From a virus: a stretch of DNA of 64,000 nt. The DNA is taken from IMG/VR virus record IMGVR_UViG_3300006735_000027, positions 9,143-73,142 of that record. The stretch is one strand, 5' to 3'. Both the position numbers and the translations under genes were made by a program. Positions 28,991 to 38,004 of the stretch are shown here, piece by piece. Position 1 is the first letter of the stretch. Each line of letters starts with the position of its first letter. The notes below the pieces were generated by a model. The model was not told the DNA's origin. It was given only the letters and a program-made list of their open reading frames with translations, and made no database searches.

Positions 28991-31525
28991 TCAGAGAATA
29001 ATGTCGGCAGGCATGAAGACAAGCGAAAATTCGTAGGCCTTCATCTCGGCATCTCGGTTGACGCTGAAGCCAGCAACCAGCCCGCTGATGCCATTTTTCA
29101 GGTGGCCTTGGAAGCCCGGTGCAAAAGTACGAGAGGCGTGAATGTCGTTGACGCTGGACAACTTGCCAGAGGTGCCGCCTTCTGTCGTCAAGAAGAAATT
29201 GCGCTGGGCTACTTCTGCGTCAAGCGCGTTTTCACCCTTGGTGATTGACGTGCTGTAGGGAATCTGAATACCACTGATGTAGTCACTCGGGCCTTGTGAA
29301 GCATATACCTGAGACTGGACAAAGTCCAGTCCGACATTGAGCGCTTCGACCACCTCGTTGAAGCCGTTGATGGTGCTGAAGTTGTTGCTGTTGGCCAAGA
29401 CGCCGAGAACGTCTTGCACCTTGTCGCCTGCGCTCTTCACGCGCTTTCCACTGCGACCACCTGAGAAGCCCTCGGTGACGGGCATTTGGCCGACTCCCAG
29501 CGTCGTGTTGATGCTGTCCGACAGGCGACCCAGTGACGACGGGAAGACTTGCGTAATGGTCAGCCGAGAGTTGTGCTCGCTGTAGGATTGGCCGATGGAC
29601 GTCGTGAACACCTTGTCCATGGTCTTGTCCCCTGCAGCGTTGACGGCTCGGCCCACGTCGAGGTAGGAACTGGTCAGCGCCTTCGACAACAGGTAGGCGA
29701 TGTACTCATCGGTGCGTGTGATTCCTCCGCCTGTGTCTCGTGCCGTAGAGCCGTCTGCGTGTGTTGGGAACTCAGGCCCAACGGCTTTCTCAGGAAGAGC
29801 AGTCTCGTTGAACGTGTCGGCGTTCTTGATAGGGATGATGATGACGGGTACGTTTTCGCTACCCGTCAAATCAAACGTGCGATACACTACGGGCTCGATG
29901 TGAAGAACGTCGTTTTGAGCGATGGTTACGCCTGATTGAAGCGGCTCGATGGTGATGTTGCTCGATGTGGCCGCAATCACTTTTGCGGTGAAAATTTGAA
30001 ATGACGAAGTGCGGCGAAAAGAGGCGCCCGCCTCTTTGAAGGAGACCAAGTACTCTCGGTTGGATTCGGATAATTCAAACCATTGGAGCGGGTTATTCCC
30101 AGCATCATCAGCGTCGTCCAGCGTAATCTGGTTCCCGCTAACGCTCTGAACCACCAGACCGGTTGTTCGGCGCTTGTTGAGGAAGCCGTGCTCTTCTCGC
30201 TTGCTGGCCACCATGTCCTTGTCGAAGGCGATGCGTACATGGACGTTGTCGAAGTTGTAACGCATGTCGTCATATGGGTGGCCGGATGGCAAGTCAATGT
30301 TGTACTTGCGGGACAGGTAACCTTCGACTTCCTCACGCTCGGTCTGAGTCAGCACTCGGTTGTAGTAGAGCACCTCATAGATGCCGCCGTTGAAGTGGTC
30401 GCCAGCACCAGAGGTGGCGCCGATGAAAAGGTCTGTCCCGCTCGGCTGATACGTTGTGCTGCTGGTCGTGGCTTCCAACTTACCGTTCACGTAGAGTTTG
30501 ACTTGGTCGGATTGTGCATCTGAGCCAGTGTCCTCCATAGTGTAGCCGACAAGGCTGAGCCCCGTCAATTTCACAGAAGACGTGCTGCTGGTTGCGTTGA
30601 TGCTCGAACTACCGTTGTACCAGTAGACCTTCGCCCGCGTATCATCCATGTCGGCGACGACCCTGTAGCCGTTGTTCGTGTCGACCACAGTGTTCTCGTT
30701 GGCTCCGACGTCAGGCTTGAACACCGTGAAAATGGTGAACTCCTCTGAGTTGAAGAACGCTGTATTGGACACCGTCATGCGGTCATCGCTGCCATCGAAC
30801 TGGACAAAGGGTCGTGGACCCGCGTCTCTGAATACAGGCCTCTGAGAGCCGGTCGCTGTCGCGTTTCGACCAGCACTGCTTTCAGTCCACGTATCGACAA
30901 CATCGCCATCACTGAGCGTGGTGAGCGAGTCGGCCTTGAGCCAGACCTGAAGACCGGTCTGCACTGGGTTTTCCAATCGAATGGTGTTCTCGACCCAATA
31001 GGCCACTGGGAAGTCAATGTACTTCTCATTCCAGTATTGCAGAATGTAGTTGCCCAAGTCACGTACATTGACGGGCGGGTTGCCGATAGAGCCGCCCAGT
31101 CCACCACCAAAGTCACCAGTATGGCCTATGGTTCCGCCGATACCAGTTGTGCCGACGCCGCCAATGGAATTTGCCAAGTTGAATTGCGATGAAATCGGAC
31201 TGGTGTTCACGCCGCCCGTTGCGCCGCCGAAAGGCTGACCCCACGTCACGAGTTGCTGAGGCTGATAAAAGTCAAGCGTAGCGATTGCTTGCGCAGTCTG
31301 CTCTTGTCCGAGGTCATCCGCAAAGATGCCTTGCACTTCAATGGACACTTGCGCTTGATTGAGGTCAATGCCCATCTTACGGGCGTCGAAGAAGGGAATG
31401 CCGAAGTTGCTTTGCTGTCGCTCGACAACAATGTCGACGCTGGTCGCATCGAGGGAGATAGTGCCTCCGTCCTCTTGCACGAGGCGAATGGGGAACCGTT
31501 CTCCCGCGTCAACCAACTTAGCCAC
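28991..31525 (-). CDS. Distal-tail-like protein, paralog 1, with internal LamG domain (844 aa)
   Basis: The LamG insert reads GLQVWLKADS...FDGSDD...FTIFTVF...LYVNG...FNGGIYEVLYYNRVL...VEGYLSRKY. The gene directly follows the tape-measure-like gene. Confidence 0.65.
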   Translation of the reverse strand: MAKLVDAGERFPIRLVQEDGGTISLDATSVDIVVERQQSNFGIPFFDARKMGIDLNQAQVSIEVQGIFADDLGQEQTAQAIATLDFYQPQQLVTWGQPFGGATGGVNTSPISSQFNLANSIGGVGTTGIGGTIGHTGDFGGGLGGSIGNPPVNVRDLGNYILQYWNEKYIDFPVAYWVENTIRLENPVQTGLQVWLKADSLTTLSDGDVVDTWTESSAGRNATATGSQRPVFRDAGPRPFVQFDGSDDRMTVSNTAFFNSEEFTIFTVFKPDVGANENTVVDTNNGYRVVADMDDTRAKVYWYNGSSSINATSSTSSVKLTGLSLVGYTMEDTGSDAQSDQVKLYVNGKLEATTSSTTYQPSGTDLFIGATSGAGDHFNGGIYEVLYYNRVLTQTEREEVEGYLSRKYNIDLPSGHPYDDMRYNFDNVHVRIAFDKDMVASKREEHGFLNKRRTTGLVVQSVSGNQITLDDADDAGNNPLQWFELSESNREYLVSFKEAGASFRRTSSFQIFTAKVIAATSSNITIEPLQSGVTIAQNDVLHIEPVVYRTFDLTGSENVPVIIIPIKNADTFNETALPEKAVGPEFPTHADGSTARDTGGGITRTDEYIAYLLSKALTSSYLDVGRAVNAAGDKTMDKVFTTSIGQSYSEHNSRLTITQVFPSSLGRLSDSINTTLGVGQMPVTEGFSGGRSGKRVKSAGDKVQDVLGVLANSNNFSTINGFNEVVEALNVGLDFVQSQVYASQGPSDYISGIQIPYSTSITKGENALDAEVAQRNFFLTTEGGTSGKLSSVNDIHASRTFAPGFQGHLKNGISGLVAGFSVNRDAEMKAYEFSLVFMPADIIL

Positions 31526-31943
31526 TCCTGTTGAAGCCGCTCTGCGTTAGCGAGCCGCCCATCTTGGCACGCAGTTCCTTAGTGACCATGGCACCAATTT
31601 CCTTGGCCAGTGCTTTCTTGTCGGTCTTATCCGTGACCCCACTGACGTCAATCTTCAGGTTGACCGTGACGTTGGTGGTGGGAGAAGCAGCCGCTGCAGC
31701 GCCAGCCGCAGCGCCTACAGGTGAAGCACCTGTCGTTTGCTGGAGCGCAGGCGTGTTGCCCATTGTGCGAAGTGATTCAGTCAAGTCACGCGTCTCAGCC
31801 TTGGTCATGGCCATGGACTTGGTGAAGCGGTCCATTTGCTGCTGAAGCGCCTGCATGTTGTCCTTGGCGCCCTTGCTGTACTCTCGGAACTTCTCCATCG
31901 CTTCGACAGAGCGGGGGTCAATATTGCCATCCATATGCTTCAC
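31518..31943 (-). CDS. Miniature tape-measure-like protein (141 aa)
   Basis: It sits in the TMP slot between the chaperones and the Dit-like genes. It has a helical coiled-coil N-half and a TMP-like C-terminus (TNVTVNLKIDVSG...LAKEIGAMVTKEL). Confidence 0.55.
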   Translation of the reverse strand: MKHMDGNIDPRSVEAMEKFREYSKGAKDNMQALQQQMDRFTKSMAMTKAETRDLTESLRTMGNTPALQQTTGASPVGAAAGAAAAASPTTNVTVNLKIDVSGVTDKTDKKALAKEIGAMVTKELRAKMGGSLTQSGFNRSG

Positions 31944-32203
31944 TCCAATTCTGGGATAACGTCATACCCCAAGTAGACTGCTTCTTGCACAGCCTGCTCT
32001 TCGCCCTGCATAGCCTGTGCCCAGTATAGCAACTGCTTGGCGTCGTTGATGCTCAATGTTCTCACGTCCTGTAGAGTCATCCGGTAATGCGTCATCAGAA
32101 GGTACTCCATCCCTTCTCGTTGGTAGCGAAGTCGCTCGACCACACTGCGCCCGTGAACGAAGTGTTTGATGCGACCGACTTCGCCTCCCGAAAAACCAAC
32201 CAC
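31940..32203 (-). CDS. Tail assembly chaperone, -1 frameshift extension (gpT-like portion of gpGT)
   Basis: It overlaps the upstream chaperone in the -1 frame from the G_GTT_TTT site. The segment YLLMTHYRMTLQDVRTLS is gpT-like. Confidence 0.7.
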   Translation of the reverse strand: MVGFSGGEVGRIKHFVHGRSVVERLRYQREGMEYLLMTHYRMTLQDVRTLSINDAKQLLYWAQAMQGEEQAVQEAVYLGYDVIPELE

Positions 32204-32481
32204 TCCATCACCTGAGCAGGTTCAGGGAGAAGTGTAGCGAGTCGCTGCCCTGCTTCAGGGCTGAGATTATCAATGTCCGGGTGCTCGACACGCTGGTCTT
32301 TGGCATCGTAAAAGTCCAACCAGTTGGTGAACGCGTGCTTCCAGTAGATGGAAAAGTCGAGTGAGCCTTGAGCCAGCAAAGGTGCGACAGCCTGCACGTC
32401 AAAGAAGGTCAACTTCTTCACTTCGATGATGTAGGCTTTTCCGTCAATGTCCATTTCATTCCTGTTCTGTGGCATACTCAC
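32095..32481 (-). CDS. Tail assembly chaperone (gpG-like)
   Basis: It lies between the tail tube and the TMP slot, starts with IDGKAYIIEVKKLTF, and contains a slippery site. Confidence 0.7.
   Translation of the reverse strand: MSMPQNRNEMDIDGKAYIIEVKKLTFFDVQAVAPLLAQGSLDFSIYWKHAFTNWLDFYDAKDQRVEHPDIDNLSPEAGQRLATLLPEPAQVMEWLVFREAKSVASNTSFTGAVWSSDFATNEKGWSTF
32126..32197 (-). promoter_or_regulatory. Programmed -1 ribosomal frameshift signal (slippery heptamer plus stem-loop)
   Basis: On the minus strand G GTT TTT (32197-32191) is followed by a 6-nt spacer. Then GCGAAGTCG (32184-32176) pairs perfectly with CGACTTCGC (32134-32126). Confidence 0.72.
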
Positions 32482-32674
32482 TCACACTCGCGTCGGAAGC
32501 CGCCTCTGTCGAGGGGGCATCCTCCAGATGCAGGTGGGCGAACGGGTCTTCGCTGGCCCTCCCGGCTTCTGGGTCGAAGAGGTACTCTCCGCCCTCTTCT
32601 TCTTCGTCGGCCTCAAGGACCGCTGGAATGTAGGCAGCCGACGGGTGAAGGGAAATCCAGTGTCGCATTGGCAT
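32456..32674 (-). CDS. Small acidic hypothetical protein (72 aa)
   Basis: It fills the gap between the tail tube and chaperone genes, follows a GAGGGA RBS, and is very Glu/Asp-rich. Confidence 0.55.
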   Translation of the reverse strand: MPMRHWISLHPSAAYIPAVLEADEEEEGGEYLFDPEAGRASEDPFAHLHLEDAPSTEAASDASVSEYATEQE

Positions 32675-32683
32675 CTGAATCCC

Positions 32684-34744
32684 TCACAGGTGGTAGTCGG
32701 CGTCGGTGCTAATGACCTTGATGTTCTGAGGCTTCAGTTTCAGGGTGGTGAACAGTAGCCCTTTGTCGTCAGGTACTGGGACGGGGAGGGCGGTAATCAA
32801 GTAATCGTCGATGACGATGCGGAGGTTGGGCGATTCGCCTGAGCCACCACTGGACACTTGCTTGGTGAAGTTGAGCATGATAGTGCCCCCAGTTGACCCC
32901 ACCGTCCCACCTCGTTGGATGTGTGTACGAATTTCGTGAATCAGCGTCGCATCCTCAAGCGCAAGCGTCACTTCCATCTCGAACTCTTCGCGGCCTTCGC
33001 GGATGACGGAGGGGTTCCGCGTGCCGCCGTATGGCACCTGCTTCAGACTCAGCGAAGTGGACGAATCGACAGACTCAGCGACAGGGTTACTCTGAATGGT
33101 GTGAAACAGTTCGACGCCCGTTTTGCCTCGCAACTCGAACGCGCTGATGTAGGTCATGTTCTGGTCGAACATCGAGATGGTGCCGTTATAGAACATGAAG
33201 GGCTTCTCGCCGTTCTTCGGAATGCCGGCCACCTTACGGTTCTTCTTGGTGTCTGCCGTGTTCTGGAACATGCGGTGCGCAGTGTAGCGGTCACCCTTGT
33301 TCGATGATTCGAGTCGACCGGTGTCCGTGTAGGTGGACAGTGCGTCGAAGACGCAGCGGTACTTGAGTTCAGCATCGACCGTGCTGCTCAGTTCCCACTC
33401 AACCACCTTGCAGCCGCGGAAGATGCGCGTCAATTGCTTGCTGTCGCCTGTGCTACCGGGAGCCGTCGTTGACTCACCAGTCGCGTTGAATGAACCAATG
33501 TCGCGCGTGCGGACGCTGTGCTCCATGCAGAACGACGGGATGGTGTCTGAGGAGAACAGGAGGCGGTGGACTGGGTTGCGAATGTCCTTGGCATCGTCAG
33601 TGATGTTCGGACTGTTGTTGCCAAGGTCGTCTTCGTACTCACGCAGTTCGATGGTGTCGGATGTTGTGTGCGTGAACTGCCACGGGTCGTCGACGTAAAG
33701 TCGGAAGCGGCTGCTGCCAAGTGATTCAATGGCGGAGATGCGACGGCACTCGCTGGTCTCAGCCCATTCAAAATGAACGGCATCGCTGGACAAGGAGGAA
33801 CTACTTGACTCGTTGGGCCAATATTGCGTGCTTCCGGTTTCTGGAGTTTTATACGTGGTCGTAGGAGCGAGCGTCGTGTCCTTGATGAGAACGTAGTCAC
33901 CAACGGCAGCATCTGTGCTTGAGCCGAAACGAACGCTACCGCTCTGGCTGCTGGTTACATCGAGGTAGGTCTGGCCCGGCGAAATGTTGGCGTAAATGGT
34001 TGGCACTGGGCTGGCGGCATGCGCACGCGTGCCGCACTTGTCTTTGCTGACGACCTCGCGTCCAAGGCTATAGTAGAGCCACTTGGCACTGTGCATCGGC
34101 AATTCGATAGCGCCGCCGCTGTGATGCACCTTGCCTGTCTGCTGAACGGCAACCTGTCGACCAAGACCGACGACGTGGTACGAGTGCAAGTCAACCGTTG
34201 TGTCGGGCAACGTCATGAAACTGGCCAGACCGACGAACTGGTCGATGAGACTGACTTCCTTGGAACTGGCTGCAGCCGTGTTTTGCACGTTGTTGCCGTC
34301 ACCCTGCAACGTCGGCATGCCGAGAGAGTGGATGAACATCGCATCTCCTGTCGCGCTGCTCAGACCACTACCGATGTTCTGAAGCGCCGGTACGACCTTG
34401 ATGACGGTCGCGTTCGACTCGAACGTGTGGTCTACGATGGTGAAGATACGACTCTGGAATGCGCTGACGTAGTGTGAGCCATACGCACCAGTTCCAGTGC
34501 CAGTGTTGTGGAAGGTCAACTTCTGACCAATGAGCATTCCAATAGGCACCTTGAGCACGGGCTTGGAGGGCTCGAAGATGCTGCTGGCGCTAACGGTCGT
34601 CGTGCCTGTGAACGTGATGGTCGTGAAGTCGGTGTTGTCGGTAGACGTCCATTCACGAGGCAGGCCATGCTCAATGTAGACGCCCGTCTCATGACCCATC
34701 ACGACTTCAGAGACGTCGCCCTTGAAGTGGCCGCCGAAACTCAC
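32684..34744 (-). CDS. Major tail tube protein with large insertions (686 aa)
   Basis: Tube-like blocks are PSFCMEHS...RIFRGCKVVEWELS...ELKYRCVF, PFMFYNG, ISAFELRG and IREGREEFEMEVTL. It follows the terminator gene, and no sheath gene is seen. Confidence 0.7.
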   Translation of the reverse strand: MSFGGHFKGDVSEVVMGHETGVYIEHGLPREWTSTDNTDFTTITFTGTTTVSASSIFEPSKPVLKVPIGMLIGQKLTFHNTGTGTGAYGSHYVSAFQSRIFTIVDHTFESNATVIKVVPALQNIGSGLSSATGDAMFIHSLGMPTLQGDGNNVQNTAAASSKEVSLIDQFVGLASFMTLPDTTVDLHSYHVVGLGRQVAVQQTGKVHHSGGAIELPMHSAKWLYYSLGREVVSKDKCGTRAHAASPVPTIYANISPGQTYLDVTSSQSGSVRFGSSTDAAVGDYVLIKDTTLAPTTTYKTPETGSTQYWPNESSSSSLSSDAVHFEWAETSECRRISAIESLGSSRFRLYVDDPWQFTHTTSDTIELREYEDDLGNNSPNITDDAKDIRNPVHRLLFSSDTIPSFCMEHSVRTRDIGSFNATGESTTAPGSTGDSKQLTRIFRGCKVVEWELSSTVDAELKYRCVFDALSTYTDTGRLESSNKGDRYTAHRMFQNTADTKKNRKVAGIPKNGEKPFMFYNGTISMFDQNMTYISAFELRGKTGVELFHTIQSNPVAESVDSSTSLSLKQVPYGGTRNPSVIREGREEFEMEVTLALEDATLIHEIRTHIQRGGTVGSTGGTIMLNFTKQVSSGGSGESPNLRIVIDDYLITALPVPVPDDKGLLFTTLKLKPQNIKVISTDADYHL

Positions 34745-35214
34745 GGAATCAACTCCGCAAGGATGACGACTTCGACTTGGAAGGTATGTCGGAACAACTT
34801 CTTCGTGCGGTCAGACAGGTCCGTGCGCGTCTTCAGAATCATCCTGTCGAAGTTGACCCCGTCTCCCTTGCGCGACACGTGAATGATGCGACGCATCTCG
34901 TCCTCCATCTTACGCAAACGAGAACGCCCACGAGCCGTGCGCATGTCCACCGTGATGTTGACGCGCGTCGTCACGAAGTTATACAGAAGGTCAGGGACCT
35001 CTTCATTGAGGGCTGTCTCGTAGCACACGATGTAGTCGTGACGTTGCAGGTCCAGTCGCTTGCCGCGCTCAGGCCCTTCACTGGCCACGTCGATAATGAT
35101 GGGCTTTACGTTGTCCGTGTTGCCTCTGTTCCAACCTGTTTTGGTCACAGCGTTGTGGTCAGCCTTGAGCAGGTCAATGACCGTCTGCAGCGGCTCCTTA
35201 TACGTCGCCGTCAT
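34741..35214 (-). CDS. Tail terminator / neck protein
   Basis: It is 157 aa and lies between the adaptor and tube genes. The pattern ITVDMRT...EMRRII...RHTFQVEV is terminator-like. Confidence 0.55.
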   Translation of the reverse strand: MTATYKEPLQTVIDLLKADHNAVTKTGWNRGNTDNVKPIIIDVASEGPERGKRLDLQRHDYIVCYETALNEEVPDLLYNFVTTRVNITVDMRTARGRSRLRKMEDEMRRIIHVSRKGDGVNFDRMILKTRTDLSDRTKKLFRHTFQVEVVILAELIP

Positions 35215-36779
35215 GCGAAGACCACCACTTCCTTGTAGCGAGCAAGGATGTCCATGGCCTCCCTACGGAACAACTGTGCCTTGGAGCCGAGGTCAATGTT
35301 CTGACTCCCCTCGGGAATCAGCACGCTTCGGTCGTCCGACATCAGCAGTTCGCTCGCCACAAGTTTGGTGGCTGCCTCCTCAATCGCCTTTTCCAGATAC
35401 CGCTCTCCGTAGATGTAGGACACCTTGATGGCGTTATACTCGAAGAAAGGGTACGAGTTGTTGAAGTAAATGATGCCCATTTCGTGGTCAAGCCACCAGT
35501 CGCGCAGACGAGCGCTGTCTCCGCTGGCACTGCCACCCTGCAAATCAAGAAGCAGAGATTGCTGGGTGATAGTACCGCTGACTGCCGTGTGGTCACCAAC
35601 TACGTCGGCGCACCCAGTGAACGATGTGCCCGTCTTTCCAGTGTAGCGAAACACGATGGCTCCGTTAATAGCCACACCTGCATCCACGAACCCTGTCGTA
35701 GAGTCCACGTTGATAGTCCCCGAAGAAGCCGAGGACACGGTCGCTGAGTTCCCTTGAGTCTGGTCAATGGTGATGTCGCTGGAGTTGGTTACGATACTGC
35801 ACTTCTCGCCTCCTTTGACGGCGCGCATGCTCGTAAGTTTCACCACGCCCGTACCGTAGTCACTGTTGGCTGATGCCAAGAACTCGTTGTGGACTGCCAC
35901 GTTTGAGGTCGAGCCCTCAAGAGTGAACGCGGGTGAGAAGTCGACAACGGCTTTGCTGACGCGGTCCTCTTTGTTGATGAGGTCAGCAAAGTTCTGAGCG
36001 ACAGTGGTAGAATCAAAGTCGTCACGCCACTGAGTCGCACCGGTGCCTTGAGCGAGCGTGGCAACGCTGCCGTTGCCGGGTGAGATGAAGATGGATGAAG
36101 AGGCAAGGTTGCTCACGTCGTTGAACTCGATGCGGGCCTCTGCACCGCAAATCTCTCGGTAGTCGTCACCTTGCCAAAGTTCGATGCGCAGAATCTGCTG
36201 AACGTTTCGGAAGAGCAGTGGGGCTGTGCCCACGTAATCTGTGAAGTATCGGCGTCGGTAGGGCTTGTACGTGTCGAAGTTGATGTACTCTGCCGCAACG
36301 AGGTAGGGCCTCCACGCGTTGTGCGTGTAGTTGTCGATGCGGTCCTGAATGCGGCGAATGTGGTCTTCGACAATACTCTTCTTGACGCCGCGACTCTTGC
36401 CGTTGGTGAAGATGGTCAGGTTCTGAATCTCCGTGTTGGCCGTCGTCGTGTAGTTGGAATGGGTGCTGACGGTGGTGGGCAACTTCACGTATTTCGTACC
36501 GCTAACGTCCTCGACTACAGGCGTCGTAATGGTGAACTCTGTACCCAGAGGGTCGAGGTCGCTGAAAACGAGAATGGTATCGCCGCTTTCAAAGCCGTGC
36601 TCACGGAAATCCGTACCTGTGATGTAGAAACCGGTCGATGCTGAGTTTGCAGCAGCAATCACAGGCTCTCCCGCTGCGATGCCGAGTAGTTCGCCCACCT
36701 TGTTACCCGTCGTGTAGACGACAGCCGAGGGTTCGAGTGGACGAGTTTCTGGCTCACCGGGGCTGAAGACGACAGGCAT
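35211..36779 (-). CDS. Head-tail adaptor/connector protein with inserted beta domains
   Basis: Adaptor-like ends are IRRIQDRIDNYT and IKVSYIYG...AIEEAATKLVA...AMDILARYK. Confidence 0.65.
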   Translation of the reverse strand: MPVVFSPGEPETRPLEPSAVVYTTGNKVGELLGIAAGEPVIAAANSASTGFYITGTDFREHGFESGDTILVFSDLDPLGTEFTITTPVVEDVSGTKYVKLPTTVSTHSNYTTTANTEIQNLTIFTNGKSRGVKKSIVEDHIRRIQDRIDNYTHNAWRPYLVAAEYINFDTYKPYRRRYFTDYVGTAPLLFRNVQQILRIELWQGDDYREICGAEARIEFNDVSNLASSSIFISPGNGSVATLAQGTGATQWRDDFDSTTVAQNFADLINKEDRVSKAVVDFSPAFTLEGSTSNVAVHNEFLASANSDYGTGVVKLTSMRAVKGGEKCSIVTNSSDITIDQTQGNSATVSSASSGTINVDSTTGFVDAGVAINGAIVFRYTGKTGTSFTGCADVVGDHTAVSGTITQQSLLLDLQGGSASGDSARLRDWWLDHEMGIIYFNNSYPFFEYNAIKVSYIYGERYLEKAIEEAATKLVASELLMSDDRSVLIPEGSQNIDLGSKAQLFRREAMDILARYKEVVVFA

Positions 36780-36788
36780 GTTTTCACC

Positions 36789-37079
36789 TCAGTGCTGCTT
36801 CACTCCCAGATTGAAGTCCATGGCTTTCCCGCACGTGCGACAGGTGTCGACCCAGCAGAAGTACAGCATCCCGCAGTGTTTGCAGCGAGTACCAGAACCG
36901 ATGTTGAGAACGTCCCCTGCAGCACGGTTGCGGTTGCGCTGCTTCAAGGTAACGCCCTCAAGGGGCTTGTCCTCGTTGGTTCGGACTGAAGCGCCGTAGC
37001 CTTCGTTGAGGCGAATGCCTCGCTTCTGCATCCGCTCGATGTCGTCGAGGCCGAGGCTACCGAAGTCGTCCATTCGCAC
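36789..37079 (-). CDS. Zn-ribbon protein
   Basis: It has a C-terminal CKHC...CRTC. Confidence 0.65.
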   Translation of the reverse strand: MRMDDFGSLGLDDIERMQKRGIRLNEGYGASVRTNEDKPLEGVTLKQRNRNRAAGDVLNIGSGTRCKHCGMLYFCWVDTCRTCGKAMDFNLGVKQH

Positions 37080-37091
37080 ACCCCCTATGAA

Positions 37092-37265
37092 TCAGGAGGT
37101 GACGACCACAACGTAAAGATTGCCGAGCATGAGGTAGGACGTAACACCTTCCACGGTCTTGCCGTTGGTGTAATCGTCCAGTACCTTTTGGACACCGCCA
37201 GCCACAGATGCCCCAGTCTCCTTCGCATCGGAAGGCTTGAACTCGAACACTTTGGTGTCGGACAC
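37092..37265 (-). CDS. 57-aa hypothetical protein (not in ORF track)
   Basis: A GTG start after a GAGGTGA RBS gives MSDTKVFEFKPSDAKETGASVAGGVQKVLDDYTNGKTVEGVTSYLMLGNLYVVVVTS*. It fills the gap with virus-typical codons. Confidence 0.7.
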   Translation of the reverse strand: MSDTKVFEFKPSDAKETGASVAGGVQKVLDDYTNGKTVEGVTSYLMLGNLYVVVVTS

Positions 37266-37274
37266 TCAGTCACC

Positions 37275-37595
37275 TCAGGAGCGGCGACCGATGGCCATGA
37301 ACGTGCCACCAATGGTAGCCTGAGCCGCACCGGGGGTGTTGACGGTAATCGTCGTTCCACTAACGGTGGCAAACTCACCAAAAGTGAAGGGAGCGGCATC
37401 AGATTGGTCAGCCGCAGTTCCGGGTTCAAGAGTCTGAGGAGCCAAAGCACCGGTGGGGGTGACGACAGCCATGTCCACACTGATGAGAAGGCTGCCCAGT
37501 TCAATCGTAGTATCGGACGCAGCGTAGGAGCCGGTCACAACCATGCGGTCGCCAAAGTAGGTTGGTCGGGGGTCAATCGTTACTGCCATTTTCAT
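37275..37595 (-). CDS. Small beta-rich virion protein (putative head decoration/fibre)
   Basis: It is Thr/Ala/Gly-rich and lies in the head module downstream of the MCP. Confidence 0.55.
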   Translation of the reverse strand: MKMAVTIDPRPTYFGDRMVVTGSYAASDTTIELGSLLISVDMAVVTPTGALAPQTLEPGTAADQSDAAPFTFGEFATVSGTTITVNTPGAAQATIGGTFMAIGRRS

Positions 37596-37993
37596 TCACT
37601 CTCCGTGGTAAGTTCTTCCGAAGCCTCTTCGACTTCAGGAGTAGGTGCTGCTTCGGGCTCAGGAGCCGGAGCGGGGTTGAGGACGCCTTCGACCGCGGCG
37701 AGCAGTTTGCTCTTGGTGGCGTAGCCGCCAACGGTCTGACCGCGCTCAACGAGCCATGCGGTAATGTCCTTCTTGGTCCAGCCAGCGTCAGGAAGGCCGT
37801 CAGAGCCTTCGTCCACCGTCACGCCCTCGTCGCCTTCAACGAGGAAGGCGGTTGGGTTAGTGCAGATGGCGACACGATGCTCGTCCAGATACGCCTGCGA
37901 AACCTCAACAGGTTCGCCGCGTGGCCAGAGTACTCCGGTGCCGTCAGGCTTCTTCCGGTAGACCCGGCTGCCAATGTAGGTCACGGTGGGCAC
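37592..37993 (-). CDS. Head-module protein with HeH/LEM-like domain
   Basis: WTKKDITAWLVERG...ATKSKLLAAV resembles the HeH/LEM/Rho-N motif common after MCP genes. Confidence 0.6.
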   Translation of the reverse strand: MPTVTYIGSRVYRKKPDGTGVLWPRGEPVEVSQAYLDEHRVAICTNPTAFLVEGDEGVTVDEGSDGLPDAGWTKKDITAWLVERGQTVGGYATKSKLLAAVEGVLNPAPAPEPEAAPTPEVEEASEELTTESE

Positions 37994-38004
37994 GAAGGCT
38001 CACC

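Noticed and set aside
37085-37504. 139-aa minus-strand ORF from the track
   Set aside because: It is an alternative frame overlapping the 106-aa gene and the 57-aa gene, both of which have better RBS and codon usage.
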